Positions 40,047 to 54,277 of a DNA stretch of 64,000 bases are shown here, in pieces (the first letter of the stretch is position 1; every line of letters begins with the position of its first letter). The DNA is from Octopus vulgaris (taxonomy: Eukaryota), in contig OX597823.1 of assembly GCA_951406725.2 (NCBI GenBank), positions 60,388,001-60,452,000 of the forward strand. The letters are read 5' to 3'. A program made the translations under genes and the position numbers. A model generated the notes under the pieces. It ran no database searches and had not been told where the DNA came from. It was given only the letters and a program-made list of their open reading frames with translations.

Positions 40047-41070
40047 CATCCAGGACGACTTTCGGGCCAGGGCCCATGGACAACTTCCAGAGATCCCTGG
40101 CCTGGCAGTGTTACCGAGAAGCGCTACCCGTTCGGGATAAGTTCTACAGACACGGCTCGAGAAACACGGGGCCGACCTGCCCAAGATGCGGTCAGAGCGA
40201 CGAAACTGTTCTGCACGCACTCGTGCAGTGTCCAACAATTTCCGACCTGTGGGCTTGTGTCGAACAACTGCTGACACGTGTGGAACGAGTCGGTTTATCA
40301 GCTGAGTCTATCGTCAATATTGTCACGCCTCCTTCCTTCAAACGGGAAGGAAGAGCTATTTTCATCATCCTTGTGGCTATGGCGAAAGAATGTATCTGGT
40401 GGACGCGTCTGAAAGGATTGGAGACAAACACTTTCCTCTCTGGTCAATCTCTCATCAACTTCTTCAAGTACCACTTGAAAAGGAAAGTGAGAGTAGAGAG
40501 GCAAGTTCTGTCTAGCGAATGTTTTAAAAAAAGATGGGTGAATGTAGCAAGGATGGCACGTATGAATGACGAAGCCATCTTGAGCATAATCCTATGAACC
40601 CAGAAATTGAAAACAGAGGGTTACCCACTTGCAAACAAATGTGGTAACATATAACAATATTGACCAAGGTTACCGTGGTCTTTTTCGTAGGCTTTTCTTC
40701 CCACGGATAAACCTTACTTGCTTTCTCCTTTACACCATATATCATAACACTGTGATACACGATCCCTATTGATCGTTCTTTTTTTTTTTTTTCCTCTTCC
40801 CCTTTTTTTTCCCCTTTTTCTTCTTTTTTCATTTCTCTTTTCTTTTGTTCCTTTTCCCTTTCTTTTTTTTTTATTTTATTCTTTTTATTCTTTATTCTAT
40901 TTATTTTTTTTCATTTTTTATTTTTTTTTGTTCTTTCCTTCCCTTTTACGATCCCTCTTGATCGAAAACCTACGCCACCCCCTTTTTTCATCCCCCAAAA
41001 GAAAAGCTCTACCTTGTAACTTGTCCCATCTGTGTGCAGCCCTGTGTGGCCAATAAAGAAACTTATCTAT
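40046..41070 (+). mobile_element. Tx1/L1-clade LINE 3' fragment (ORF2 zinc-binding C-terminus and 3' UTR) in (TATC)n
   Basis: [14 protein letters not shown]...CPRCGQSDETVLHALVQC...W, open to 40597; T-rich UTR; AATAAA followed by TATCTAT. Confidence 0.8.
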
Positions 41071-41087
41071 GCAAATTCAGCCAGTAT

Positions 41088-41142
<55 letters not shown>

Positions 41143-41324
41143 ACTTTGCCTTCAGTTTCAATGTATGAGGATCTGAACTAGTCCGGGAAATTTTTGATAA
41201 CACCTAAGATGTTTGTATATGTATGTATTTATGTATGCATGAATGTATGTATGTATATTTGTGTATGTATGTACGTATGTACATACATACATACGCGTGT
41301 ATGTATGTTTGTACATACATAGGT

Positions 41325-41722
41325 GTAGGAGTGGCTGTGTGGTAAGTAGCTTGCTTACGAACCACATGGTTCCGGGTTCAGTCACACTGCGTGGCACCTT
41401 GGTCAAGTGTCTTCTACTATAGCCTCGGGCCGACCAAAGCCTTGTGAGTGGATTTGGTAGACGGAAACTGAAAGAAGCCCGTCGTATATATGTATATATA
41501 TGTGTGTGTGTGTTTGTATGTCTATGTTTGTCCCCCCCAACATCGCTTGACAACCGATGCTGGTGTGTTTACGTCCCCGTAACTTAGCAGTTCAGCAAAA
41601 GAGACCGATAGAATAAATACTAGGCTTACAAACAATAAGTCCTGGAGTCAATTTGCTCGACTAAAGGCAGTGCTCCAGCATGACCACAATCACATGACTG
41701 AAACAAGTAAAAGAGTAAAGAG
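41325..41722 (+). mobile_element. SINE family A, full length
   Basis: Matches 4915-5312. Confidence 0.9.
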
Positions 41723-42764
41723 TATACATATGTACATATGTATGTATGCATGTATAAATAGATATGTATGTATTTATGTATGTATGTATGTATGTATGTA
41801 TACTAATAGAGTTGATCTTAAGCAGCATGACAAGAGGTACCAGAAGCACAGTCATTCATATGACATTACAGCCATCATGGTTATTAGCTTCTTAATGTTA
41901 TTTCTATTGTCCCATATAGATATTTCGTCTTATTGCCGAGTAAAAGAACTCTGAGTGCCATCTTTTCAATAACATAAGCAGATTATCGTCAATATATTTA
42001 ACTGACAGAGAAAAATAAGATTTAGCTCAGATCATGCAAACAATTTAGATATATTTACTTAGAATAATATACTGTGATATACTAGAGAAATGAAATGATT
42101 TTTCAGATGTCTGATACCAATTTATATATTTTACTTTCATTTGTGCCAATGATAGCTTTTTATAACTTTGTTAATGCAATACAATCTATTTAGATGAAGT
42201 GCAGCAAGTACTATAGAGCAGTAGGTAAGCTCCTAGCAAGCTAACTGTTACTGTCAAAGTTTCAGTCTTCAGTTGGATCCATCTTGTTTCAATTAGTTAA
42301 TTAATAACCTTGACAAAGATTAAGGAGCAGCTATGTGAACACTGAGCTAGCTAGAAATGTTGGTTTCTAATTTTAATATGTCAGCAAGTTCAGAGGGTGG
42401 GGTTAGTTGATTACTTTGACCGCAGTGTTCAGTTGGTACTTATTTTATCGACCCCAAAAGGATGAAATGCAAAGTCGACCTTGGCATTTGAACTCAGAGC
42501 GTAAAGATGAATGAAATGCTGCTAAGCATTTTGCCTGGTGTGTTAATGGTTCTGCCAGCTAGCTGCCTTAGTACTGGCTAGAAATATCAACTGAGTCTTT
42601 TTCAAATCACACCCTATTTTAGTAAAAAGGGATGGACATTTTAGATAATGTGCCATAATTTCTGATATACAAGTGTCTTGGGCAAGTGTCTTATTCTATA
42701 GCCTCGGGTCGACCAAAGCCTTGTGAGTGGATTTGGTAGTAGACAGAAACTGAAAGAAGCCCAT

Positions 42765-42795
<31 letters not shown>

Positions 42796-43546
42796 ATGTA
42801 TGTTATTGTGTGTCTGTGTTTGTCCCTCCAACATTGCTTGACAACTGATGCTGGTGTGTTTACATCCCCATCACTTAGTGGCTTGGCAAGAGAGACCAAC
42901 AGAATAAGTACTAAGCTTTCAAAGAATAAGTCCTGGGGTCGATATTCAAGTCAACATAGTTTATAGTGTAAACATGTAGTAAAAACATTTAGACACCATT
43001 ACTATTTTTTCAATTTCTGCTGCATTTCACATGAAATTCTTGGTCCTCCAAAGTTGTCTTGGTGTATATGCCAACCACCATACCCCATTTTGTTCCACTA
43101 TCTCCATCAAATTAATGTTGTCTGTGTAGGTGCACAGTGAGCTTCACATCAAGTATCGAAGTAAATTGCAGACCAATATGAGGATGAAGAGTTTTGCCCA
43201 AGAACACAATACACCACCCAGTGTAGTAACTGAAATTATGATTTCACAATCATGAGTGTATCACCTTTATCACCAGGCCATATGCCTTCTTTTGTAGAAT
43301 TTATATCGTGCTGAGATCAACTCTCTACCTTTCATCTTTCTGGGAGCTGATAAAATAAAATCCCTAGCAAGTATTGAAAGTGAATTTTATCAATTTCCTC
43401 CCTTCTACAAAAATTTACTCCATACACCTGTATAAGAAATCAATGCAGTTTTTAAAAAAAACACTAAAGTTTCACAAAAACATTTTGAATGCCCTATTTA
43501 TACCATTGAGAGCTTTTGTCATTGCTAAAGACTTGTTTGTATAAAC

Positions 43547-44175
43547 CAATGGTTCCCAAACCTTTTTGGGCTGCTGCCCGCTTGACACTCAAGCTACAAT
43601 TCTAGTACCCCCTACTCACTCAGCACCACAAATGTAGATCATTTTCTGCAGCAAATTCAAAACAACAGTACTCTTTTACTCTTTTACTTGTCTCAGTCAT
43701 TTGACTGTGGCCATGCTGGAGCATTGCTGTTAGTCAAGCAAATCGATCCCAGGACTTATTCTTTCGAAGCCTAGTACTTATTCTGTCGGTCTCTTTGGCC
43801 AAACCACTAAGTTACAGGGACATAAACACACCAGCATCAGTTGTCAAGTGATGTTGGGGGGACAAGCACAGACACACACACATACGATGGGCTTCTTTCA
43901 GTTTCCATCTACGAAATCCACTCACAAGGTTTTGGTCGGCTCGAGGCTATAGTAGAAGACACTTGCTCAAGGTGCAACACAGTGGGACTGAACCCGGAAC
44001 CATGTTGTTCGTAAGCAAGCTACTTACCGCACAGCCACTCCTACAAATAAAATTTAACCTAATTAACCCATCACCCCCTTTTGGCCAGCCTTTTATTGTC
44101 CCACTTTTTTTCAATGCCTCTCTTGATCTTTCTGCTGCCCACAGGGGGGCAGTATGCTCTCTTTGGGAACCACTG
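43547..44175. mobile_element. hAT-type MITE carrying a nested SINE A (43668-44042)
   Basis: TIRs CAATGGTTCCCAAA / CAGTGGTTCCCAAA; 8-bp TSD GTATAAAC / GTATAAAA. Confidence 0.75.
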
Positions 44176-44894
44176 GTATAAAACCTTATAAACAAGATTG
44201 GTCTATGCTCTATCAATAAAAAATGATATCTTTTGACTGATTTTTTTACAATTTATCATAATGAAATTTTAATGTCTTTTAAAGGTGATCACTTTTTATT
44301 TGGATATCATAAGACTGTTTACTCATTGAATATAAACTAGACTCTGAGACTGGCAGTTTTTGTGTTATTGCCATAATTTCTATCATTTTCTTCATGATCA
44401 CATCTTTAGTGTGCCAGCCGTGTTGTAGAAGTGTTAAAAGTTCACATAACCATCAGTTGTGCTCTATGTTTCTAGCAGTAAACACACTTAATTCTTAATA
44501 GTCTCTGTTATCTACCTGCAAAATAGGAATCATGCTGTCTACATCAAGGGAATTGCATAAATAGTTCATTAGCTTGTTGTACTCAGTTCAAATTATGCTT
44601 AGGAAAAGTTCAGTAAAGCATCTAGATCATTAGATGACCACTGCCAACAATGAAGCCTCTGTATGGTTACTCAATTTCCTAGAAATAGCAATGAAATTTT
44701 CATTAAACTACAACCTATTGTCTTCAGCTATAACACATTGGATAATGTAGTGTATGGCACACTATTCTGAAAAAAGATGAGGTAATCTTAGAATGCTTGT
44801 TGGACTCAGGATCATAGTTTCAATTCCTAGACAGAGAAATGTGTTGTGGTCTTAAGCAAAAGACTTCATGATGACAATGATGATATATATATAT

Positions 44895-46055
44895 ATCATC
44901 ATCATCATCATCATCATTGTTTAACGTTCGCTTTCCATGCTAGCATGGGTTGGACGATTTGACTGAGGTCTGGCGAACCAGATGGCCGCACCAGGCTCCA
45001 ATCTTGATCTGGCAGAGTTTCTACAGCTGGATGCCCTTCCTAACACAAACCACTCCAAGAGTGTATTGGGTGCTTTTACGTGCCACCGGCACGAGGGCCA
45101 GTCAGGCAGTACTGGCAACAGCCATGCTCAAATGGTGTTTTTTATGTGCCACCTGCAAAGGAGCCAGTCCAGCAGCACTGGCAATGACCTCGCTCAAATG
45201 TTTTTTCACGTGCCAGTCAGGTGATGCTGGTAATGATCACACTCAAATGGTGCTTTTTATGTGCCACCGGCACAGAAGCCAGTTAGCTGCTCTAGTAACA
45301 ATCACACTCGGATGGTACTCTTAGCCCTCCACTAGCACAGATGCCAGTCATCGAATTTGATTTTGATTTCACTTGCCTCAGCAGGTCTTCGCAAGCAGAG
45401 TTTAGTGTCCAATGAAGAAAAGGTACACATAAGTGGGCTGGTTACACCCCTGGCATAAGCCTTGAGGTTATGGTCCCATTTGGCTTGCCAGGTCTTCTCA
45501 AGTACAGCATATTTCCAAAAGTCTCAGTCACTAGTCATTGCCTCAGTGAGGCCTAATGTTCGAAGGTTGTGCTTCACCACTTCATCTCAGGTTTTCCTGG
45601 GTCTACCTCTTCCACAGGTTCCCTCAACCACTAGGGTGTGGCACTTTTTCACACAGCTATCCTCATCCATTCTCGCCACATGACCATACCAGCGCAGTCA
45701 TCTCTCTTGCACACTACATTTGATGCTTCTTAGGTCCAACTTTTCTCTCAAGGTACTCACACTCTGTCAAGTATGCATACTGACACTACACATCCATCAG
45801 ATCATACTGGCTTCTTTCCCTGCGAGCTTACACATGTCCTCAGCAGTCACGGCCCATGTTTCACTGCCATGTAGCATGACTGTTCGTACACATGCATTAT
45901 ACAGTCTACCTTTTACTCTGAGCGAGAGGCCCTTTGTCACCAGCAGAGGTAAGAGCTCACTGAACTTTGCCCAGGATATTCTTATTCTAGCAGGTATACT
46001 TTCAGTGCACCCTCCCCTGCTGCTGACTTGGTCACCTAGGTAACAGAAGCTATCA
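44895..46055 (-). mobile_element. RTE-clade LINE, 5'-truncated (ORF2 C-terminus, 3' UTR, (GAT)n tail)
   Basis: Reverse complement is homologous to 61888-62540; upstream FCYLGDQVS motif. Confidence 0.9.
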
Positions 46056-46064
46056 ATATATATA

Positions 46065-46400
46065 GGGTAAAGGGCAGTGAGTAAAGACTGCTTTCAGTCA
46101 TGAATGACCATGGGATTGCACCGAGAAGACACAAGTCCAGGCAAGGTTGCTTATGGAAGATCAGTAGTCATCCATGCATAGCAGCCTCCCCTCTCCACAC
46201 TACCAATGTAATCCAAGAGAAAGGGAAAGGCCAATACAGTTTGGCACCTGTGACATCGCAACTCATTTCTACAGCTGAGTGAACGGGAGCAACTTGAAAT
46301 AAAGTGTCATGGTCCAGAATACAACACACATCTCTGTCTGAGAATCAAACTCCCTACCTCATGATTGTGAGCCCAATGCTCTGACCACTGAACCATATGT
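46065..46400 (-). mobile_element. tRNA-derived SINE of a different family
   Basis: tRNA-like head at 46330-46400 (minus strand); related copies near 36000-36220 and 43080-43270. Confidence 0.6.
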
Positions 46401-46446
46401 GATCACGCACACACACATGTATATACATGTGTGTGTATATATATAT

Positions 46447-46578
46447 AGGCGCAGGAGTGCCTGTGTGGTAAGTTGCTTGCTTACAAACCACATGGTTCCA
46501 GGTTCAGTCCCACTGCATGGCACCTTGGGCAAATGTATTCTACTTATAGCCTCAACTGAAAGAAGCCTGTCGTTTATA

Positions 46579-46617
<39 letters not shown>

Positions 46618-46830
46618 TTGTGTGTCTGTGCTTGTCCCTCCAACATCACTTGACAACCTATGCTGGTGTGTTTACATCCTCGTAACTTAGCAGTTCAGCA
46701 AAAGAAACTGATACAATAAGTACTAGGCTTACAAAGAATAAGTCCTGGGGTCGATTTGCTCGACTAAAGGTGGTGCTCCAGCATGGCCACATTCAAATGA
46801 CTGAAACAAGTAAAAGAATAAAAAAAATTA
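46447..46830 (+). mobile_element. SINE family A with internal deletion
   Basis: Matches 4915-5312. Confidence 0.85.
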
Positions 46831-48083
46831 AAGAATATATATACTTATATGGGCATATATTTGATGTGATGTATGTGTGTATGTATGTTTGTGTGTGTAC
46901 GTATGAGTGTTTGTGTGTGTCTTTGTGTATGTGTGTGTATGTGTGTATACATTAGAAAGGAGTGGTAAGCATATTTTTATATGTATTTTATTAATTACCA
47001 TGTGTTTTCCTGTAATTATCCATAACCAGATGAGTCATTTTCATCATCACATAATTCAAACATAATAATTTTAGAATGATGATTAATTGCAACCAATTTC
47101 GATTATTAAGCAATTTTTATAGGAACCTATTTAATTTAAGTTAATGATTTAACTCTAGTTAACAAGTTAAATGGTGTGGTTCTTTTTTGCGGGTGGGGGG
47201 TGTTTTTTCTTTAGTATATTTTGGATAATTGAATTTATTAAATAATTGATTAAGATATGGTTTGGTAATTTTAACGACTTTGGAGGAAATTATAGTAATT
47301 AAGGTTAAGGATACTGTTTAGGTGGAAGGGGAAATAAACTGATCTGGTTTGTAATAGAAGTGATGTGGGTTATAATTATTGATATGAGCTAATTGATTTT
47401 TCAGCTAGCAATTTGGCACTTTATTGACTCAGAAAGCTGTGACTGATGATGACAACATCAAACATAGAACAAACAGAGAAAACATCATAAAAATAAAAAC
47501 ACCCCTAAAACCCTAAAACAAAAAAAAAATGTGTGACAATTCATTCACCAAGTGCAGGAATCAGATTTACATCTGTTAATAAAATTTAATGAAGTGCTAG
47601 TATTTGAACTAAAGAGATGAGCATTCATATCCTATTTGTTACCGTGGCATGGTTGAGTGGCTAAGAAATTAGCTTCTCAATCATAAAGTCTCTGGTTCAA
47701 TCCCACTGTAAGGTGAGTGTCTTTTAATATTGCTTTGATAAACTCACTTAACCATTTAGCATGCAGATTATTCTGCCAAATATAATGCTTAGTTATTCAA
47801 TTTTTTTTTTGTGTTAATTATGCATTATCTCATTGCTGTGAGATTTTGATTTTGTGATTGGCTTACATGTTTATTGTTGCTTATGCAAAAGGTGAGCCAC
47901 ATGATCCCACAGTGGATCACACAAAATGCTTTAATGAGTTTCCGTGACATTTGTACAATTAGGAACAAAATTAAATGCTGTATGGATGTTGATCTTGAGC
48001 ACTTGATAATCATGCCCTTTATTATATACATACATATATACATACACACAGAGAAATTATTATTATCATTATTATTATTATCA

Positions 48084-48156
<73 letters not shown>

Positions 48157-48289
48157 CATTCAGTAGTTTTATTTTTATAGCATGCTTTCACTTTACTACC
48201 GAGTGCATCGCTGTGTGCCTTGGGTATGTGCTGTGATTTGTTGTGATGCTCTGATGGTTGCTGTATTGAAAGTGTTTTGCATATTATTA

Positions 48290-48337
<48 letters not shown>

Positions 48338-48339
<2 letters not shown>

Positions 48340-48878
48340 GAGTGAGAGAGCAGTGCATGCCATCAAAGTGACCCTTGGGCATAAATATACAAAGCCCAAT
48401 ATACTCATCATGACTACCAGCCTGATAAGAGTACACCAGGCACATGCATCACAACCATATGTGCCTGACATGGTGATCTCATCAACAGAAACAATGCATG
48501 ACCTTGCAGATGGGGCCCAGTTAGTATTTTCTTCTGCTAAGTAGCCCAGCCTGCTCAAAAAGTCCCTGAATAAGAGTTGTTTAAGGTTGATGAACAAACT
48601 ATCCATGCCTCCAGAGAGGAATTATTCATACCCCCAAAGAATTCTTCTCAACATGTGGCTATGATGCTCCCCCACTACTCCTGCCAATGATCGGAGATGC
48701 ACATATTGTCAGCCAACAAGGAATACACTCAACTGGTTAAGGTCAAACAATTGTGATATTGAGCAGAATATTTGCTATAGCCCATCTTTTATACCAAGAC
48801 AAAACATGCACATGATAACAATTCCAATCAGTTAAGCTCAGAACCCATGAGAGCCAGTGGCTGATACTGCATCAGAGC

Positions 48879-48882
<4 letters not shown>
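48338..48882. mobile_element. Longest copy of non-coding repeat D, in (TTA)n
   Basis: Termini GAGTGAGAGAGCAG... and ...TACTGCATCAGRGCATTTA abut (TTA)n. Confidence 0.85.
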
Positions 48883-48929
<47 letters not shown>

Positions 48930-48935
48930 CATTAT

Positions 48936-49004
<69 letters not shown>

Positions 49005-49006
<2 letters not shown>

Positions 49007-49228
49007 TTTAGTAGTTTTATTTTTATAGCATGCTTTCACTTCACTACCAAGTGCAGCTCTGTGTGCCTTGGGTATGTGCTGTGGTTTGCTGTGATGCTCT
49101 TATGGTTACTGTATTGAAAGTGTTTTGCATAGGATGTGTGCAGTGCCCAGTAGTGCAATTTTCTTTATGTTATATATATTTGTAAATCCTGGTGTTTTTG
49201 TTATGTATTTGTCTGAATGTTTTTTTAG
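49005..49228 (-). mobile_element. 3' end of a second R4/Dong-like family; shorter copy at 48160-48282
   Basis: Minus strand KHSDKYITKTPGFTNIYNIKKIALLGTAHILCKTLSIQ*, compare QKIVLTGTAHVLRRALSL. Confidence 0.7.
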
Positions 49229-49252
49229 CTAGCTATTTGGCACTTTATTGAC

Positions 49253-49346
<94 letters not shown>

Positions 49347-49962
49347 TATTATTATTGTTATTATTATCATTATCATTATTATTATTATTACTATTTATTG
49401 ATTGATGTATTTATTATTATTTCAATGATTATTGTCTAAAACAGTTTGATTCAACCCCATGTGAAAATATCAAAGGCTCATTTAATTGAATAGAGATGAT
49501 ACTGCATTGTGTCCATTCATTTAACTGAGCCTGATGAGCAAAGTACTTTATGAGGCCAATGACGCATTAAGTCACATGGAGTTGAATCAAACTGCTTTAA
49601 ATAGTAACTTCTATTAAATATGTTGAGTGCCACTTTCTTTCATCTGTCCACTCACTTGTATACACACACACACACACACACTCACACACAAATAAAACTG
49701 CCTGAGCTAGCTATGCAAGATGTACATACATGTATCCATGTAAATAGAGAGAAAACAAAGACAGAAAAATATGCATGTATAAATATATAGATATTTATAT
49801 ATTAATTAGGCAAAATTACACAGTACAAAGGCACAAAAAATTAAGGGAAGCAAATATGGCGTTACAGGCCCGACAGCTGTTTCTGGGGGCTCTGAATTAC
49901 TTCATAATGTTGGCAGATGTAGTTAACAAAAAGTTAAAGGTATGCAGCTAGTTGTGGAAGTA

Positions 49963-50118
49963 CAGTTCTATATTTAAGAGATGAGGAATTATGTACATTA
50001 TTTACATTTGACGAATATTCGCTCTCATCTTTATTCGTCTTCAACACAATATTTCGGCTGATATATCCTCCAGCCTTCATCAGGTGTCATGGGGAATTTC
50101 CTGCAAATGTAAATAATG
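49963..50118 (-). mobile_element. 156-bp PLE-like insert containing an HHR and a short inverted segment, with 14-bp TSD
   Basis: TSD TAG(T/C)TGTGGAAGTA at 49949-49962 and 50119-50132; 50104-50120 is the reverse complement of 49994-50010. Confidence 0.7.
50043..50088 (-). ncRNA. Minimal hammerhead ribozyme (extra A after the core)
   Basis: Minus strand GACAC|CTGATGA|A|GGCTG...CAGCC|GAAA|TA|TT|GTGTT. Confidence 0.7.
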
Positions 50119-50307
50119 TAGCTGTGGAAGTATATAAACATTAAGAAGATCCAGCCTCTGTCTTCAAGGTGGAGAAATAGGAGTATGTATGTATGTATGT
50201 ATGTATGTATGTATGTATGTATGTATGTATGTATGTATGTATGTATGTATGTATGTATGTATGTATGTGTGTGTGTGTATATATATATATGTATGTATAT
50301 ATATATA

Positions 50308-50353
<46 letters not shown>

Positions 50354-50577
50354 CTTATACGTGTACAATGAGAATTACTTCATCCGGTGTGTCCTTCTCT
50401 TCTAAAATATTAGGGGTTGATTTCAAAGAAATTTGGCTTCTACTTCTAAGTTGAGAGACTAGCCAGAAGTTCTCTTTTTGGCATCAAATAGACATATTTA
50501 TACACTTACATATATGATGCATGTATGTATATATACATATATATGTGTGTGTGTGTGTGTGTGTGTATGTATATGTA

Positions 50578-50631
<54 letters not shown>

Positions 50632-50821
50632 ATTAGAAAGGGCATCCAGCTGTAGAAACACTGCCAGATCAGATTGGGGCCTGGTGTAGCCTCCAGGCTT
50701 CCCGGACCCCACTCAAACCTGCCAACCCTGTGCCAGCATGAAAAACGGACGTTAAACGACGAAGATGATGATATATATATATATACCTATATATATGTAC
50801 ATATATATATATATATATATA

Positions 50822-50896
<75 letters not shown>

Positions 50897-51490
50897 TATA
50901 CATATATATATAAGCATATATATATATGCATACAAATAATTTAGGTTAACATAGAGATCAATAAGTATTGATCAGAAAGAATTTTGATAAGGTATAAAAG
51001 CAAATGAAAAGTGTTTCCCATAAAGACATTGGTTTGAAATTATTTCTCATTAACAATAATTAGATTCTAGGTTATGAAAGTCGAGTCAGTGAAAAAGTTA
51101 TCAGTTTTGATATTGATGAACATCAGTAATGCATATGCTGATGTGATTGTAAAAGTCGTTTAGCTGGCAAATTTACATGTTAATCTGATATTTCCAGGTG
51201 AATAAAGTTTAAAGTTCAATGCTACACATCTGAATAATCTCTGCTGGTCAAGATATCTTAAAATATTTACCTCTGAAACATTGTCTTAAGCCACAGAGTT
51301 GGCATTTTGACCACGACTAATATTCTAATTTCTGTCGATGACAATTGTATTAATTAATTGAACTTTTCTTGACAGAGCAGAGATGGTAAATGATAAGAGT
51401 CCTTTTCCAACCTTTTAAGTCTCCAAAATGATGATGATAATAATAATGATGATAATGATGATGATAATAATAATGACAATAATAATAATG

Positions 51491-51548
<58 letters not shown>

Positions 51549-51659
51549 TGGTGATGATGATAATGATAATCAGAGAAAGGATTATTTCTTGAATTTAGTT
51601 TAAAATGATATGAAAATAATATAGACTGATTTATTGCCTACATGTTAAGTCAGTGTTAA

Positions 51660-51870
51660 CAGCAGAAAGATTTGGATTTAGCAAGAGTGATTAGAGAATT
51701 ATGGGAGTGTTGGAGCAAATGTAGTGCCAAAGATGTTATTGATGTGCAGTGTGCATAAATCAACGGACCGAGATGCAATGGACAGTGTAACATTGGGTGA
51801 CAGCGATATAACAGCAAAACTATAAAAATAAATTGGCAAAAGAATGCTGCTAGCGAAATATATAACATAA
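51660..51870 (+). pseudogene. Possible old RLE-type LINE C-terminal remnant
   Basis: DLARVIRELWE...VVP/VIDVQCA resembles KYxDLAxEIxxLW...VPVVIGALG. Confidence 0.35.
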
Positions 51871-51972
51871 CAATTGTGAGATTATAATCATTATTGATAT
51901 AGGAATACCAATATAAACATATTAATTACATAGATTAAGAAGTCATATAGAGTAGAAGTAGTAGTAGTAATG

Positions 51973-52048
<76 letters not shown>

Positions 52049-52085
52049 CAACAACAACAACAACAACAACAGTAATAATAATAAC

Positions 52086-52119
<34 letters not shown>

Positions 52120-53595
52120 GTGATGACGGTAATATTATAGATGCATAAATACTTGCTACACTGATGTGATTAAAATGAATATTAAGATATAACGAATGTC
52201 ATCAACAGGTATTAATGAGTTAGATGGAGTGATTTAAGAGATATAGATGTAGGTTTCTTGTAAGCATCACAAAGTTTAGATAATACATATAATATTGTCG
52301 GCATAATCACTAAATATTTACACGGATGCTGTTGGGTTGTTTATTTAGTGGATTTATATTTACACTGTGGCAGTTAGATAGTTGATATTGCATTGTATTT
52401 TAGTTCAATTTCTACAGAGAATGACATTGTATTTGTTGTACATATATTCTGGAGTTGATTAAATTGCCAGTAATGGCCTTTCTTTATAGATTTTTTAGCC
52501 TTCGATCGATGTAAAAAGACAGCAAAAAAAAATTTCCCCTTCAATATTTATTACCTTTTTAAAGTGGTGAACAGGCAGAAATGTTAGCATGCTAGTTGAA
52601 ATGCTTTGCGGTATTTTGTCTGGCAGAAACGTTAGCACGCCGGGCGTAATGCTTTGCGGTATTTAGTCTGCCGCTACATTCAGAGATCAAATTCCGCTGA
52701 GGTTGACTTTGCCTTTCATCCTTTTGGGGTCGATTAAGTAAGTACCAGTTATGCACTGGGGTCGATATAATCGACTTAATCCGTTTGTCTGTCCTTGTTT
52801 GTCCCCTCTGTGTTTAGCCCCTGTGGGTAATAAAGAAATAGGTATTTCGTCTGTTTTTGTGTTTAGAGTTCAAATTCCACCAAGGTCGACTTTGCTTTTC
52901 ATCCTTTCAGGGTTGATGGATGAAGTATCAGTTGCATACTGGGGTCGATCTAATCGATTAGCCCCCTCCCCCAAAATTTTGCACTTTGAGCCTAGAGTAT
53001 TAAAGAATATTTATTACCTTTTTCCCAAAGCAGCAATATAGCAGTATCATTAGTATGCCAGGCACATTGCTTAGTAGCATTTCATCCATCTGCTTGTTCT
53101 GATTTCGACTACCAAGGTTGACTTTGCTTTCATCCTTTTGGGGTCTATAAATGCATACCAAGGTTGATGTAAATGACTTAGCCCCTCCTTCGAAATTGCT
53201 GGCCTTGCACCAAAATTTGAAACAAATATTTCCTTTTATTCTTTTACTTGTTTCAGTCATTTGACTGCGGCCATGCTGGGGCATAGCCTTGAAAAATTTA
53301 GTCAAATGTATCAACCCTAGTACTTCTTTTCTTTCTTTTTAAGAGCCTGGTACTTATTCTATTAGTCTCTTTCACCAAACAGCTCAGCTACAGGGACATA
53401 AACACACCAACACTAGTTGTTGAGTGGTGATGGAAAGACAAACACAGACACAAAAATACACACACATAGAAAGAGGGAGAAAGAAAGCGCGAGAGTGAGA
53501 GAGTGGAACAGAAAGAGAAAGAAGAGGGGAGAGAGTGGATGAGAGAGAGAACATGACAGAGACAGACAGATAGATAGGTAGATAGACAGGCAGAG

Positions 53596-53835
<240 letters not shown>

Positions 53836-54277
53836 AAATAGGTTTACAGAGGAAAAGAGAGAGAGAGAGAATTGATGTATAAACATCAAAGAATAAATCA
53901 TCGTAATTAAGAGCTCAATTAATTGCAGGTCGTTAAACTCCAGCAGATTATTACATTGCATTAAATCCAAGTGGAACTGACTTGCATGTACATACATAAT
54001 CAGCAAAACCAATCTTTAAGAGCAATACACTTAGCATAACTAGCAATGGTTTTCTGATTAACATAACATAGCATTCCTGATGATTTGAGTAAATACGGCT
54101 TTTAAATAAATTTAATTTCATTTTAAATGAATTAATTATGTATCACACTTAAGTAATTACACATTTGGTGATGTTTATCTTAATGAAACAGCTGTTGAGC
54201 ACAAAGTATGAATTATATGTGAAATTTATGCTTTTTTTGTTTGATGCTCTATGCATGTATCTATATATATATATATA

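Noticed and set aside
41915-41972. Minus-strand TTGAAAA...GAC GAAA TA TC, a possible U3-A8 HHR
   Set aside because: Stems I and II do not pair convincingly
49531-49560. CTGATGAG followed by a short hairpin
   Set aside because: No GAAA, no stem I
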